From assembly GCF_030144855.1 (NCBI RefSeq), contig NC_082731.1, positions 21,080,001-21,144,000 of the forward strand: a stretch of 64,000 nucleotides of DNA, read 5' to 3'. The translations under genes and the position numbers were made by a program. The DNA is from Hypanus sabinus. Lineage: Eukaryota. This document shows, piece after piece, positions 12,694 through 25,493 of the stretch (positions are counted from its first letter, which is position 1; each line of letters starts with the position of its first letter). The notes beneath the pieces were generated by a model, which ran no database searches, was not told the DNA's origin, and saw nothing but the letters and a program-made list of their open reading frames with translations.

Positions 12694-12932
12694 CTGTCTA
12701 AAAGCAAAATGAATAATAAATCACAATAAAAAACAATCTGCAACCATAAATCGAATAAACGTAGTTCCAGGATAATTAAGGTAGCTTCGAATATTACGAT
12801 AATATTCTAGTGAGGCGTCCGGTATGAAAGTAATATTCTAGATTAGTTTCAATCATTATAGTTAAGTAACAATATACTAAGGAGAAACATAATTTCGAGG
12901 AACTACACGAAGCCCCGTTTCACAAAAATGCC

Positions 12933-15499
12933 TGTAATAAGCTGTAATGTTTCATTGCTAATGTAATGGTTTCTCTTAAGCAGCAATGATTGGGTTATGA
13001 CTAGAGATAAAGGAGCATTGGTATAGGGGGGCTATCCGATGAGAGAAATGCTGTTTTTTCGTGTGAGTCTGGAAGAGAGATTTTTCGTGGTCTTTTGCCG
13101 GGGAGATTGGTGAAAGGAGACGCGAATGGTAAGAGCTCGCAGACAGTCGGATGGAATGGGCTTTGAGCGAGTGTTCAAAAGTCAGCGATGATTGGTGGAG
13201 GTCGAGGGTGGTAGTACGGCCTTATCAGCGAGCTCCAAGGTTTGCGCATTAGACTGTTTCAAGAGCATGGACACTTTTTATTATTTTTTGTTATCCTTAC
13301 TAACCATATAGTCAAATTAAGAATTATAACGCTCAATCGCTTAATTGCACATTGTGTATTATTTGTTACTTCATGGCACTGTTGTATAACAGAGGCATAT
13401 CGCGCAGCATCCACGCAAATAAGATTTCTTATGTTTGGTCGGTGCGGGGGCTATCACCCAACATTTTGTGCCACTGCCCGAAGAGACCTTTACAATTGTG
13501 GGCGCTTCGTTCGGGGTTAATTCCGTTGGATACTGTGTCATTATCCTGAGGATTGAACGGATGGGACAGATATTAATTCCGGATAAATTGTTAATTCGAC
13601 AGTTAAGTACCGTTAAATCTGTGAGTGTGGGCAGAAGTTTGATAAAATTGTTGTCGCAGCTCCCTTGTCCCACTTGCAGACTGCGGGGCCTCTGCATCTC
13701 GTTTGTATGGATTTCTTGTGAATAGATCCGGGTGCTGGCAACACGGCGAATGCCTTAGTCGTCAGGGACACTACTACACCAGATATGCTCAGGCTTTTCG
13801 TACCAACAAACAGAGGGAGTCTACGGTGGCAACAGTGTTCTGGATGAAGTATTTCTTCTATTATGGCTTTCCCAGGTGGACACATATTGATTATGGACAG
13901 GATTGTGAGAGCAGACTCATCCATTATTTAATGGACATGCTTGGTGTCGGGAGGACAAGGACATGTCGGGTGATCCCCAAGTCAACATATTAGGCATCTG
14001 GATCACAGTTATAATTGCACACGAAATGAAGCTACTGGGTACTCGTCATATTATCTGATGTTTGGGCGCGAGGAGTGGTTGCCCATTGAACTTTGCTTTG
14101 GGACTGACGCAGGTGTAATACCACCGAAGACATGAAAGAAGAATGGGTCTGACAGGAGAAGAGTCCTGAAAAGGGCTTTTGTATTATCTGAGTCGTCGCT
14201 GCCAAGCAGAATCAAGGGAATAAGATGAGGTATGATCATAAGGTGAGGTTCTTCCAACGCCTGCTGGGAGAAGGTGTCCTCAGAACGAATCTGGAGCTAC
14301 TTAGAAAGCATAACCAATCTGACCACTGGGCGACTACACCTTATGTGGTGGAGAGTCAAATGCCAAACCTACCAGATTTCCGGAAGAAACAAGAGGATGG
14401 GAATGGGCCTGTCAAGATTCTCCATCGGAACCACTTGTTCCCCCTGGGTCAAGAGGTATAGTTAGACCCAGAGCCCGACTTGGATCCGACAATTAGCTAA
14501 AGACTCTGCAGACACGCCGGGCAACCTCAGAGCCCCCAATGGACGAGGTCAGGCCACTATCACCACTGAAAGTGATACTGATTCGGAGGATAAAAACCTG
14601 GATGTGTGGTTTATTTTGCCTTTCGTTAATTCCCCGTTGATTGAAGAAGAGACTCCCGGCTCTCCTCCGATTGGGTCAGGAGAAGCGTGGTGTTATCTAT
14701 GGCAGCTTGGTTACAGATGGGCTCTACAGGGGCGGAAGCAGGGTTTGGCGACGGGACAGAGTGCTCCGAGTTGCAGGTGGGTACGAGTATTAGATAGGGG
14801 TAGGCCCTGCCAGGTAAATCGGAAGTATCCACTGTAGTGCTTGAAGCTGAAGAGTTAAATGAGTGGTTGGGGAGTTCCTAAATAAATAGGACACCACCGG
14901 ATAGGCTGCGCCACATAGCAACAGGGGTATAGAGTCCAACCCCTACCGTTTTTGGGAGATATGCCACTGCCTTTTACATCTGGATTGGGCTTTGTATTCT
15001 GCAGGAAGGGTTGGAGAATTATCTCAACGGCATGAGGATATGACTACATTTGGTTTGCGGAGAGTGCACCACGCTGTAAGATGTTACTGGTAATGCGATG
15101 GCCAATTAGTAATGTTTCACTGCTATTTACTAGCCTCTCTGTAATGTTTCACTGCAGACAGTGTGCGATTGGAGCGGGGACCGAAGTTCAGTGATGATCG
15201 GAGAAGGTCGAAGGTGGACAAACGGTCTGATCAGTGAGTTCCAACGTTTGTACATTAGATTGTTTCATGAGAATGGACCTTTATCTTTGTTTATGATTTC
15301 TTTACTCGACAGACAGTCAAAATAAGTTTATAAAGTTCAACCGTTTATTCGCATATTGTTTACTGTTTGTTATTTCGTGTTACTGATTTGTAACAGGTGA
15401 TACACCGCGTAGCATTCACCCAAACGAGATTTCCTAAGTTTGGCCTGATCACGGGCTATCTCCTCCTATATTAATCCGATAGCCAAAGGGAGAGTTACA
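12933..15499 (+). mobile_element. Old, internally deleted Gypsy element (LTR - integrase remnant - LTR)
   Basis: LTR-like blocks at about 12933-13494 and 15065-15499 share motifs (gctgtaa..taatg, gagctccaa/gagttccaa, ..ttaca). A PBS-like tgtgggcgcttcgttcgggg follows the first. Integrase remnants HYYTRYAQAF..YFFYYGFP and GPVKILHRNHLFPL. No TSD recognised. Confidence 0.75.
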
Positions 15500-15911
15500 T
15501 TTTTTCCAGAAACTGTATTTCTGTAATCGTACTGTGGAAACGGACCGTCAGTTTAAAAATACAGCAAAATCTGTCAAAAGCACCGAGCGGCAGGCTGCAT
15601 CTAACAGTATCAAATCTGTTGTGATTTCCTGTGAAAAGGAATTCAAACCGGGTGCAGGGTTCGAAATTTCAGCAGAACACCGGCAGAGTTATGTAAAAAT
15701 ATATCAACGTCTTTGTGTGTCAACGTTTTATTACACGGTGGCTCTTGGCGGTGAGCGAAGCTGATGTATCTGGAGGATGTCTTGAGAAGACTGTCATGAA
15801 ATTGCGCTGACGCTTTGAACTGATTATGTCAGAATATAGGAGGTAGTACTACCAAGTAAACACAAAGTACACTGCCGATGCTCTGGTCAAAGCAACACGT
15901 ACAACACCCGT

Positions 15912-15994
15912 GAGGAACTCAGCAGGTAGGGCAGCATCCGCGGAAACGACCAGTCAACGTTTCGGCGGATGATGCCCGACCTGCTAAGTTCCTC
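15912..15994. repeat. Short inverted repeat (27-bp arms, 24/27 paired, 29-nt loop)
   Basis: GAGGAACTCAGCAGGTAGGGCAGCATC ... GATGATGCCCGACCTGCTAAGTTCCTC. Resembles a collapsed copy of a common elasmobranch interspersed repeat (from recall, not searched). Confidence 0.8.
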
Positions 15995-16959
15995 CAGTAC
16001 TACGAATTAACTGTGCCACTGAAGAGATAATATCCGACAGCAATCATCTACGAAGTGCATTTCAAGCAGAACATAGGGAGATCAAATTGTATATAAAAAC
16101 GCTGAAACAATCTAACATTCTTGCGCACAATATTTCTTCATCTCTCACTGGTGTCTGTGAAATTAGCTTCTCTCTGAATAACTTATTTTGAATAAAGTTA
16201 TTCAGAATTCAGTTATTAAGAATAAGTTAATGAAAATATAGCAGCGTTGATATTTTTTTCTAAACGTCTTTGAAACATGAAGGAAGCCCTGACTTTATCT
16301 TCTGCAGTAGATTCCAGGGCTACTCAGTACTTGCAGAGAAGCCTGAATGGACAGTCCGTGAGGCAGGTGTTTCCACGTCGTCCGGTTATCGTGCACGCCA
16401 CTGAAAATCGAACAATTCATGCTTTCTATCCTTTTTTTCAGATATTTGCTAGATTGCACCTGCACACAACCATATACATTGCTGAGTCTGCTAAACTTGC
16501 TCCAGCTCTGCTGTTATAAAGCTTGCTGTGTTTCTTTGCGTAATATGTAGCTCAAAATCAATTATGGTGCAAAGCCGGAATTACAATAGCTTCAACAGGT
16601 GTTCACATTTCTTCCTGTCTAACCTGAATAGCTACGGTCAATCAAATACAACAAATGCAGGCATCTAATCATACAAGATGTAAGCTCTGTTCATTTTTCA
16701 GTTGTTTCTCAGTTTTATATCTGTAATGAAAATTCTAACATATAAAATTCAGATGACGCATTCCTTAACAGTAACATTGTCAAATATCTCTTAGGTTAGC
16801 ACATTAGGAAATATTGCCTGATTGGTTCAAGATTGTCACAAAACTCTGCCTCCAATGCAAATATTACAGAATCATCTGGCGAACAATGACAGCCAGTTAT
16901 GTCAACCCTTCGTCGTTTACTTGGATATTTCTTACTTTCAATTTAATTTATATTCACAA

Positions 16960-17204
16960 CTTCAGTGTGGGATGCAGTCCTGTCCAGCCATCAACCCAAC
17001 TCAGCATTAATCAACAAACTCAAAAGCTGAGTCTTGACAGCTCTCCCTGCAACTGGTTCAGAAATCGTCAACGGGAGACCACCGGGTGTAACAGTTGGAA
17101 ATAACATCTGATACTCACTAACTAACAACAATGCCACACTGAAAACATATCAAAGTCTCTACCCTAACTGCAATCACGATTTGGTGGCTAGGCACAGGCC
17201 TAAC
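16960..17204 (+). mobile_element. Rex1/Babar-like LINE RT fragment, left part
   Basis: Degenerate LINKLKS..CNWFRN..RETTGCNSWK and (T)HD.VARH. Continues after the Gypsy insertion at 22325. An uninterrupted related copy lies at 40690-41050. Confidence 0.65.
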
Positions 17205-17596
17205 TGGTATGGTCCCGTCTAGCAATTCTCCGACTTGCTATTACCTCCTTCAGTGGGGTTTAATTCCCTCGTCTGATTCCAATCTTTAGCAGTTCCACTA
17301 ATTACAGTACACCTGGTTCCCATTAGCAAAAATATAGTATAAAACTCCGGCGTCACAGCCATGGTTTGCCAGTTCGTTGTTCGACTCCAACTTGAGTAAA
17401 CCTCGTTTCCGGATTACTTAAGGCTGTAACTTCTAAGGTACCGATCATTTCCTGGATACTCTACATAAACATTGTCTCTGTGTAAAGACTCTCGTGGATA
17501 CCGGTCCCCCATTCGCGACGGTGGTAATGACTCATACCTCTGCCGTCACGCCTGTGTCCTGCACTTGGGTTCGTCCTCAGCCTCGTCCTTGCAACA
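17205..17596 (+). repeat. 5' LTR of the sushi-like element
   Basis: Similar to 21930-22324 and to the reverse complement of 63407-63787. TG..CA ends. Confidence 0.85.
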
Positions 17597-20500
17597 AAAT
17601 GAACTGACCAAGAATGAACAGAGTGGACACCTACCCCGTACAACATGTCCTAGGCAGCCAGGGCTAGCTACTGGATGCCCACGACCAACTGCTCACAGAG
17701 ATCACAGGAAACCTTCGATCGTTGTCCACGAATGTGAGGAATGTCAGTGAGCATGTTGACTGTGTATTCGCTTCCTTTACTGCGTCCCTTCCAAAAGCCC
17801 CTGACTGACCAACCGGTACAGCCTGGGATGACGACGACCCTTGGATCGGCAACACAATCTCGCTGAGAGCTGTACGGACCCAAACCAGAACCCTATGCTG
17901 GGGACATAGGGAAATGCCGGGCATTGCTATTACAATGTTCTTTGGTCTTTGAGCAACAGCCACATACGTACACCTCGGACATATCAAAATATAGCGTACA
18001 TGATGGGTGTGTTAAGAAGCGATGCCTTAGCATGGGCCACCACGATTTGGGACAACCATCCAGAGATCTATTCCTCCTTCCCCTCCTTCGCCTCCAAAAT
18101 AAGGAATGTTTTCGAACTGCCCATTCGCGGTAAGGGCGCCGCGAAACGCTTGCTAAATTTCTGTCAGGGTTTGTGAAGCACAACAAAATACTCCATCGAA
18201 TTCCGAACATTAGCTGACGTCTCTGTGTGGAATGACGAGGCACTGCAGGTTGTGTTCCGACAGGGCCTCTCAGATCAGGTAAAATCTGAACTGGAAGCAA
18301 CGGATAACTTGAAATGCCTGGACCCTCTGATCTCTCCAGCCATCAGGCTAGAAAATCTACTTCAAGATCGTCTGAGAGAAAAGACCAGTCTCCCATCTCT
18401 CCGAGTCAGTCCACGCCCAACCTTACCATCTTTAGCCAGCCTACTTTCCCAGCCGCTCCAAGTACAGCTCCGACCGTCCCCACAACCCCGGGGGAGGAAC
18501 CGATGGAGCTGTGACGGAACAATTTCTCCCCTGCCGAATGACTTAGGAGTGGAAGAGCGGGGATTATTACTGTTGCGGCAAGCCGGGAAATTTCCGGGAT
18601 AACTGCCCTCTGCAGCGAAAAGGGAAAGTTCAACATGAGAAGGGGAATTTCCTCGTAAGCCGGAAACACTTCCTTCAGTCCCCCAGACCGGGATGCAGAT
18701 CTTTGCTACCGTGAACTATCAACAACAGTCTCTGTTCCAACAAGACTTGATGTATTCCGGTGCCGTGGGAAATACACTGGTCGAGGACATAGCCTTCCAT
18801 GCTGCAATAACTCGGGAGCCGTTAAATACCGCTCTTGGAAGTTCAGGCAATGGGCGGAAAACTTATTTCTCGGGATACTCACTGTACGCCACCCCTGACC
18901 TTGATTCTCTCCAGAAACCATCGGGAAGAGGTACAATTTAATCTCATCCATTCTCCTCAATCCGCTGAAGTTCTAGGATATCCCTGGCTGAACCACCACT
19001 ACCCCTGCACCTTATGGTCTACAGTAATGTTGGCCCTTTTTGCCAGGCCACCGATCTGCGTTCGGCTCCATCTACTGGGCAGGCTACCGCGTCTTCGCCT
19101 GTCTTGGACCCCTCGATTTGTTCGGAGTCCCCCGAATACAATGACCTGGGACAGGTATTCAGCAAACAAGGGGATCATTCCCTGCCTCCGCATCGCCCGT
19201 ATGAATACGCTATCGACCTTTTCTCTGGGGCCTCGTTATTCAGCAGTAGTCCTTATAATTCCTCCTAAACGGGGAGAGAGACCAAGGAGAAATGCACTTG
19301 TGAGTCCCTCGCGGGGGGTATTATTCGACCTTCAGCCACGGCGGTGGGCGCCGGTTTCTTCTGTGTCGAGAAGACGGATGGGTCGCTTTCAGATGGGATG
19401 TAACCCTGTATATGATTACCGAGGCCTAATCTATATAACATTTAAAAACAAATATCCACTATCTCTAATTAACTCAGCATTTGTACGACTTCACGGAACA
19501 ACAATATTCTCGAAGTTGGACCTTCGTTGCGCTTACCGTCCGGTCAGGATGAGGGAGGGAGAAGAGTGGAAGATGGTCTTTTATATACTTTGAACACTTG
19601 GTCATGCTGCTGAGCCTCACAAAAGCCATTGCCATTTTTTAAATTCCTATTCAATGATGTCCTGTGGGACTTTATTAATCGCTTCGTGTTCGTCTACCAA
19701 GATGACATTTTAAATCTTTTCTAGTAGCCCACTGAAATACATTCACCATGTCCGTATAATCCTCCAGATTCTGTGGGAGAGTAAGTTGTTTATGAAGGCG
19801 GAGAAATGTGAGTACCACGTTCCTTCGGCCATCTTCCTGGGCTACAGCATCGTGAGCGGGCAAGTGAGGGCAGATCCCGAGAAGATGCAGGCGGTGGAAG
19901 AATGGCCCAGACCCACGAACGGCAAGCAACTTCAGAGGTTTTTGGAGTTTGCAAAACTTATCGCCGATTTATCAGAGACTACAGTCGGGTGGTGGTCCCC
20001 TTATCCGACTTACCTCGCCTCCAACACCTTTTTGTTGGGACTCCGCGGCTGATCCGGCATTTTCTGACAGGAAGAGGCGGTAAATATCCTGGTCCAACCG
20101 GACCCCGCCCGTCAATTCATTGTTGTGGTTGACGCCTCTGACTCCGGCACCAGAGCAGTCCTGTCCCAAAGATCATGTCCGGACGAAAAGCTTCATCCAT
20201 GTACCGTCATTTCTCGCTGACTGTCCTCCGCCGAACAATATTACGACGTGGGCAATCGGGAACTAATGTCAGTCAAGCTAACATTGGAGGAGTGGAGACA
20301 CTGGCTGGAGGTGGCGGAACACCCGTCTATTGCTTGTCCTGATAATACGAAACTAGGATGTATTCAGACAGTCAAACGTTGGACCTCCCATCAGGCCCTT
20401 TGGGCATTATTATTTGGATGATTCAATTTTTCCCTCACATACCGTCCAGGATACAAGAACGGGAAGCTGGACGCTCTCTCCCGCCAATACAACTCCAAGG

Positions 20501-21729
20501 AGGACACTTCCAGTCCAGAGACTATCCTCCCACCATTCTGTGGGGTGGCAACCCTCACTTGGGAGATTGAGGCCATAGTGAAGGAAGCCCAGCGGGTTGA
20601 ATCTGTCTCCGGCAATTGAGCCGTGGATTGCCATTTTGTGGCTGATTCCATCAGATCTCAGGTTCTCCTGTAGGAGCACATTACTCGGTTCGCCTGCCAG
20701 GCCGGGGGTGATAGAACGCTGGCTCCCCTGAAAAGACACTTTTGTTGGCCAACCATGGAGGCGGATTCCCGTTTCTATGGCTCTGCATGTTCTATCTGTG
20801 CCCGTGGAAAAGCCTCCCATCGGCTACCTGCGGGATTCCTTCGTCCCCCGCCTGTTCTTGTACGTTCTTGATCGCACATTGCCCTAGATTTCTTCACTGG
20901 TCTATTCACGTCACACGGAAACACCATCCTACTCACCGTGGTAGACTGGTCTTCAAGACATGCACATTATAGCCCTCCCTAAACTTCCCTCTGCTCAGGA
21001 AACCGCAGACTACTCGTCTGTCACGTCTTCCGCCTCTGCGGAATCCCCGCGATCATCGTCTCCTTTCGAGTGCCCCAACTCATCCCGCAGTTGTGGAAGA
21101 CCTTCTGTCAAGCCTTAGGTGGCTGGGTCAGCGTGTCATCCGGCGACCACCCACAGACGAACGGGCAGACGGAACGGGTCAAGCAGGACTTGGAGGCGAC
21201 GTTACGTTGTATAACAACCAACAAACCGTCCACCTGCACTGCGCACGCGTGGGCTGAGGACACAATCAACTCTCTCGTTAGTACTGCCGTCGGAAGTTCT
21301 TCCTTCGGGTAATCATTTGGGTACCAAACCGCGCCGTTCCCCGCGCAAGTAAAGGAGACTGCGGTATCGACTGTTCAGGCTCATATCAATCGGTGCCGCA
21401 AAGATTGGAAGGACACACGCACGGTCCTGCTCAGATGATCCGATCGCAATGGGAGAATTGCCATGGACGCCGAACACCAGCGCCGGAGTATCGATCTGGG
21501 CTGATGATGCGGCTTTCATACAAGGACATCTCTCTCAAAAACGAACCTACGAGACTCGTCCCTCGCTTCATCGGGCCTTTCAAGGTCGAAAGAATCATCA
21601 ACCCCACAACAGTCCGAATTAAACTACCAAAATCAATGGACATCCTTATTACTTTTCATGTTTCCCAATTAAAACAACTTTCAGTCTGCCACGTGTCCTC
21701 CGACCGAAACCCCTCCCTTCGCCCTGATC

Positions 21730-21900
21730 ATCCATCATACTCCGTTCGGCTGCTACTACAAGTTCGCTGTCGGGGCAAGGGCCTCCTATACCTGGTCGAC
21801 TGGGAATGGTACGGCCCAGAGAAGCGTTCCTATGTTCCCCGCACCTTCATCTTGGACCATTCCCTCATCCAACCCTTCCATCCGGACCGTCTGGTGCAGT
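21730..21900 (+). pseudogene. Integrase C-terminal chromodomain remnant
   Basis: YSVRLLLQVRCRGKGLLYLVDWEWYGPEKRSYVPRTFILDHSLIQPFH in ORF 21393-21917. Confidence 0.85.
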
Positions 21901-21929
21901 CTAGAGGCTGCCGTTGAGGGGCGTGGTAC

Positions 21930-22324
21930 TATTATCGCCCCATCTGGTAGTTCCCCTTTTCGCTGTTACCTCCTTAATTGGACCATGATCCCTCGTCTAA
22001 ATTCCAATCATTCCCCGTACCGCTAATTACAGCACAGCTGTTTCACAATTGCGAACATGGTATCAAACTCCAGCGTCACAGCCACGCTTTGCCAGTTCGT
22101 TGGTCGACACTGGTGTGAGTAAACCTCGCTTCTTGATTCCTTAGGACTGTCAGTTCTAAGCTCCATATCATTTGCGGGGCACTCTACGTAAACCTTGTCT
22201 CCGTGTAAAGACTCTACTGGATACCAGTACCACGTTCGCGACGGTGATAACGCCTCACGACTCAGCCTCCACCCCTGTGTCCTGCACTTGGTTTCGTCTT
22301 CAGCCTCGTAACTTTAGAGCAACA
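21930..22324 (+). repeat. 3' LTR of the sushi-like element
   Basis: Follows the PPT-like gaggggcgtggtac and is similar to the 5' LTR. Confidence 0.85.
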
Positions 22325-22990
22325 GTAACTTCTATAAATTTGAAGGCGACATAAATATTGCTTGCATAATTTCAGATGGTGAAGAAGAGTTACGGCTGCT
22401 CCAGAGATCAGCTGCTTGCGAGTAACACAAGAAGAACCTTCTCAGAAATAAAAAAAATTCAAAAATGGATGCTGAAGGAACACACTCCAATACCTATCGA
22501 GTGATTACAAGTCGAAAGGATGAGCAGTTTCAAAAGTGTCGGTGTCGTCATCTATCTGGTATTATACTGGGCACAATTACAAAAAAAAAGGCACTACAGT
22601 GGCAAAATATCACAGGATGTTGGTTGAGAATTCGTCTGCATGCAAATCCTCACGGTAATTTCCAGAGGTGAACTGTGGGGCCGTTACAACTGGTTGCATC
22701 AGTAACTGGTATGGTGGGGTAGCTGCACAGGATCAAAAATAACAACAAAGAAAAAAAAACTGCAGAACATGTTAATCTCAGCCCGCTTCATGACTGACAC
22801 ACCATCAAGGATAGCTGCAAAAGACCGCAACTCGAAAAGAGGGCACACATCATTGAGGATTCGTCAGCTAGGGCCATCAACTAGGACTTTTCCTCACACT
22901 CAACTTCTCAGGAGCCGGTGCATCCCATCTGCCATCAGTTATCCGAATGGAGAATCAGCCGAAAACACTGCGTTATTATATCTTCCCTCC
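22325..22990 (+). mobile_element. Rex1/Babar-like LINE RT fragment, right part
   Basis: Begins ttctataaatttgaaggcgaca (degenerate YKFADDT), then tggtatgg..gctgcacagg and cccatctgccatcag (LPSG-like). Confidence 0.65.
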
Positions 22991-24745
22991 TTTCTTGCAC
23001 TGCTAATTTAACTTTATATGCAGTTGTTATTGTAATGTTTCGTAAATGTTATACATTACGATGTACGTCTGACGCAAAAGAGCAAATTTAACGTCAGAAT
23101 CTCAAAACATGTGCGTAATTTGACTATACATTTGATTTAAACATTCAGATTTCAGCTCTAATGTCTGCTATCTCAGGTTTATAAATTGTTCATCGTCTGA
23201 AAGATGATAGAGCAGAATCACCTGGCAGATACGGGAAAGAAATCTACGAGTCTGAGAACATCATGCGCTAAAGAGGATTTTGCGCCTTCTGGTGACCTTA
23301 TATAGGGCGAGAATTACAAAATTCATCTTAGTAATGACTGGACTGTAGAATACCTTGATAAACATATGCCTATTCACTGAGCCGCACTGAGCCGAACACT
23401 TCCGTCATGGGATGACACGTGAACTGAAGTGGTAGAAATTTTAGAGAGTTGATAATAATCTGCACAACTATTGAGGCGCATTTATGTCGTACAATGAAGA
23501 ATGGCTACGTCTTTAACCTTTATTGCCAGGATTGGACTGATAACCTTGCAATTATATAGAGATTATTCTCCAAGTTACCCAAAATATGCACTTTTCCAGC
23601 AGAAATACTTGATTCAGGTTAAAAGGTGCTTATTATTCATGTCACGAAATTCAGCCAGATTGAGTGTACAGGCATTAGGCAATCTGCTAGATGAAAATGT
23701 ATTGTTGAATTCATTGAAAGATTCAGTGCAGTGTCTTCCGGAAAATTGTCAAATCAACTACAGAATGGACGATTTTAGGACAAGTGAGGTGAGGAGCCAT
23801 GAAATGTGAAAATGTACTCTGCCTTCAGTTGAGATATTAATAACAATGTCCGTGCATATCCAATAAGGAGATTTCAGTGGAAAAGCGCTTTGAGTTCATT
23901 TAAAGTTTTATTGCCATACCAAAATCTAAAACGTGAATATTAATTCGTTTAGAGGCAATTACTCTGAGGATTGCACATACAAGAACAAACCTCACTGAAT
24001 CAAGACGCATGATGTAAACGCGCTCAGAATTATGTGACCTAATTCCTGAGAGCAAGTGCCATTCATATTGTCAGTTGTATAGTGCTTTGGCTTCAAGATG
24101 TGGTCAATTCAAATATATTGCGACCTCTACCTTTTTTGTATGAGGAGGAACTTAAACCGGTCGGTAAACCCATGTCTCAGAATAGCCGCTAGTTCTGAGT
24201 TCTGATATATATTTATGTCAGAAACAATATGACGTTGGCGTTTAAATTGGTAAGCCTCTCAACGACATCCAGCACAACAATCCTGCAAATTCCGTTTAAA
24301 TCTTTGTCTGAAATCAAAAGCCACATGGTAACTTCAGAGTGATTCCACTGAACTCTTGTCTTCTTCAGTAATTTGAAGCTCATTGTTTATTGGAGCATGT
24401 GCGATTCTTCTTCTAAAGTTTGTCCCTTTCAATGTGAAACGAAACTTTAAAATGTTTCATGTATCCGTACTGTTGATTGTGCAGGTTCAGATAACAATGG
24501 TGAATACTTAGAGAAATGAAGTAACACAAAATAATTATTTAAGATGAGGTGGTTTTGGTAACAGTTATAGCCATCGATGAAAAAAAAAATCATTCGTTGC
24601 AAACGCCAAGTGGATATTTCGATGGTGAGTGAAACCCACTGTGGAATCATATGAAAAATTGGACTCATCTTCAGCATCAGTTAGCATTTACCTTAAACCT
24701 GATTTGTTCGCCCTCTATCGAGCGCTAGAGAAAACTGTGAAAGCA

Positions 24746-24784
24746 GGTTTTTGTTCGAGATAATTGAGTTTTTTCAGCACCGTG
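24746..24784 (-). other. V1 23-RSS
   Basis: Heptamer CACGGTG (24784-24778), 23-nt spacer CTGAAAAAACTCAATTATCTCGA and perfect nonamer ACAAAAACC (24754-24746). Confidence 0.97.
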
Positions 24785-25245
24785 GGCTCATCGCGCAGAG
24801 GAACGTGGCTGAGTCAGAGATGATGGCGTTCTTAATCGAGAGTTCGGAATATTTTTTACTTTTATCATAGGAGGCAAAGAATCGATCCTTTACATCTTTA
24901 CTTCGGTGTATAGTTCCTGCGTCAAGCTTAATCAAATAATTTGGTCGCTGTCTGGGGCGCTGCCTGTACCAGAAAGCAACCGGTAATACGCCGGTTTGGA
25001 AAGTACAGTTTAGGGCAATATTACTGTCTTCATCGAACGTCATTGCATCCACTGACTGTTCCACTGAGCCTTGAAGGCTGCAGTCTAACAGTAAAATAAA
25101 TAATAGATCAACAGTTCTACTTCATATTTAAATAGAGAAAAGAACGTGCTTGCAGCAAATTAACATATTCTGGAATGCTATCGTGAAAGAACATCTTACC
25201 AAAAAGAAACACAACAATGAGGACCGGGATGAGAAACATCTTCAT
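24785..25245 (-). CDS. TRAV: TCR alpha/delta-type V segment V1, apparently intact
   Basis: Leader 25245-25200 (MKMFLIPVLIVVFLF), GT-AG intron 25199-25085, V exon 25084-24785 (DCSLQGSVEQ..LNCT..FWYRQ..SDSATFLCAMS). Both Cys and the Trp are present and the frame is open up to the RSS. Confidence 0.93.
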
Positions 25246-25328
25246 AATCTCTCCGTCTGGATCTGTCCTCCCGTGCCAAGAGCAGAGGCATTGGCACTCA
25301 AGAAATAAACATACCTTGTCCAAACCGA

Positions 25329-25354
25329 CCAATAACAACGGAGAACGCACGGTG
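25329..25354 (-). promoter_or_regulatory. V1 promoter block: inverted CCAAT box and heptamer-like CACGGTG
   Basis: CCAAT at 25329-25333, about 85 bp upstream of the ATG and at an equivalent position in V2, V4, V5 and V6 (TCAAT in pseudogene V3). Confidence 0.6.
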
Positions 25355-25475
25355 TTAAATATCCGTTGGCAATGGAAGGCGTTCAGACGCAGTACAGGAA
25401 ATCCAATATTGTCAAGGTGATCGCAGACGTGCAGAATAAAGGAGTCAAATACTTTGTGAGCTGACAGTAACAGCG

Positions 25476-25493
25476 CAGCGCCACCGAAAGGCG
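25476..25493 (-). promoter_or_regulatory. Candidate CTCF-like site upstream of V1
   Basis: CCTTTCGGTGGCGCTG matches 13/16 of CCASYAGRKGGCRSYR. A homologous block lies upstream of all six V segments. Confidence 0.4.

Larger units (their letters stand above)
17205..22324 (+). mobile_element. Defective sushi-like chromoviral Ty3/Gypsy element (gag-PR-RT-RH-IN-chromodomain)
   Basis: LTRs 17205-17596 and 21930-22324 (roughly 75-80% similar by eye) and TSD CTAAC/GTAAC. Gag [62 protein letters not shown], chromodomain YLVDWEWYGPEKRSYVP. Confidence 0.92.

Noticed and set aside
17600-21917. Domesticated RTL/PEG10-like gene
   Set aside because: Both LTRs and a TSD remain, and gag and pol carry many stops and frameshifts.
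24774-25064. ORF-track V proteins starting MEQ and ending MSPRC or MSTRC
   Set aside because: The starts are internal GTG codons and the tails read through the RSS. The real genes start in a separate leader exon and are completed by V-J joining.
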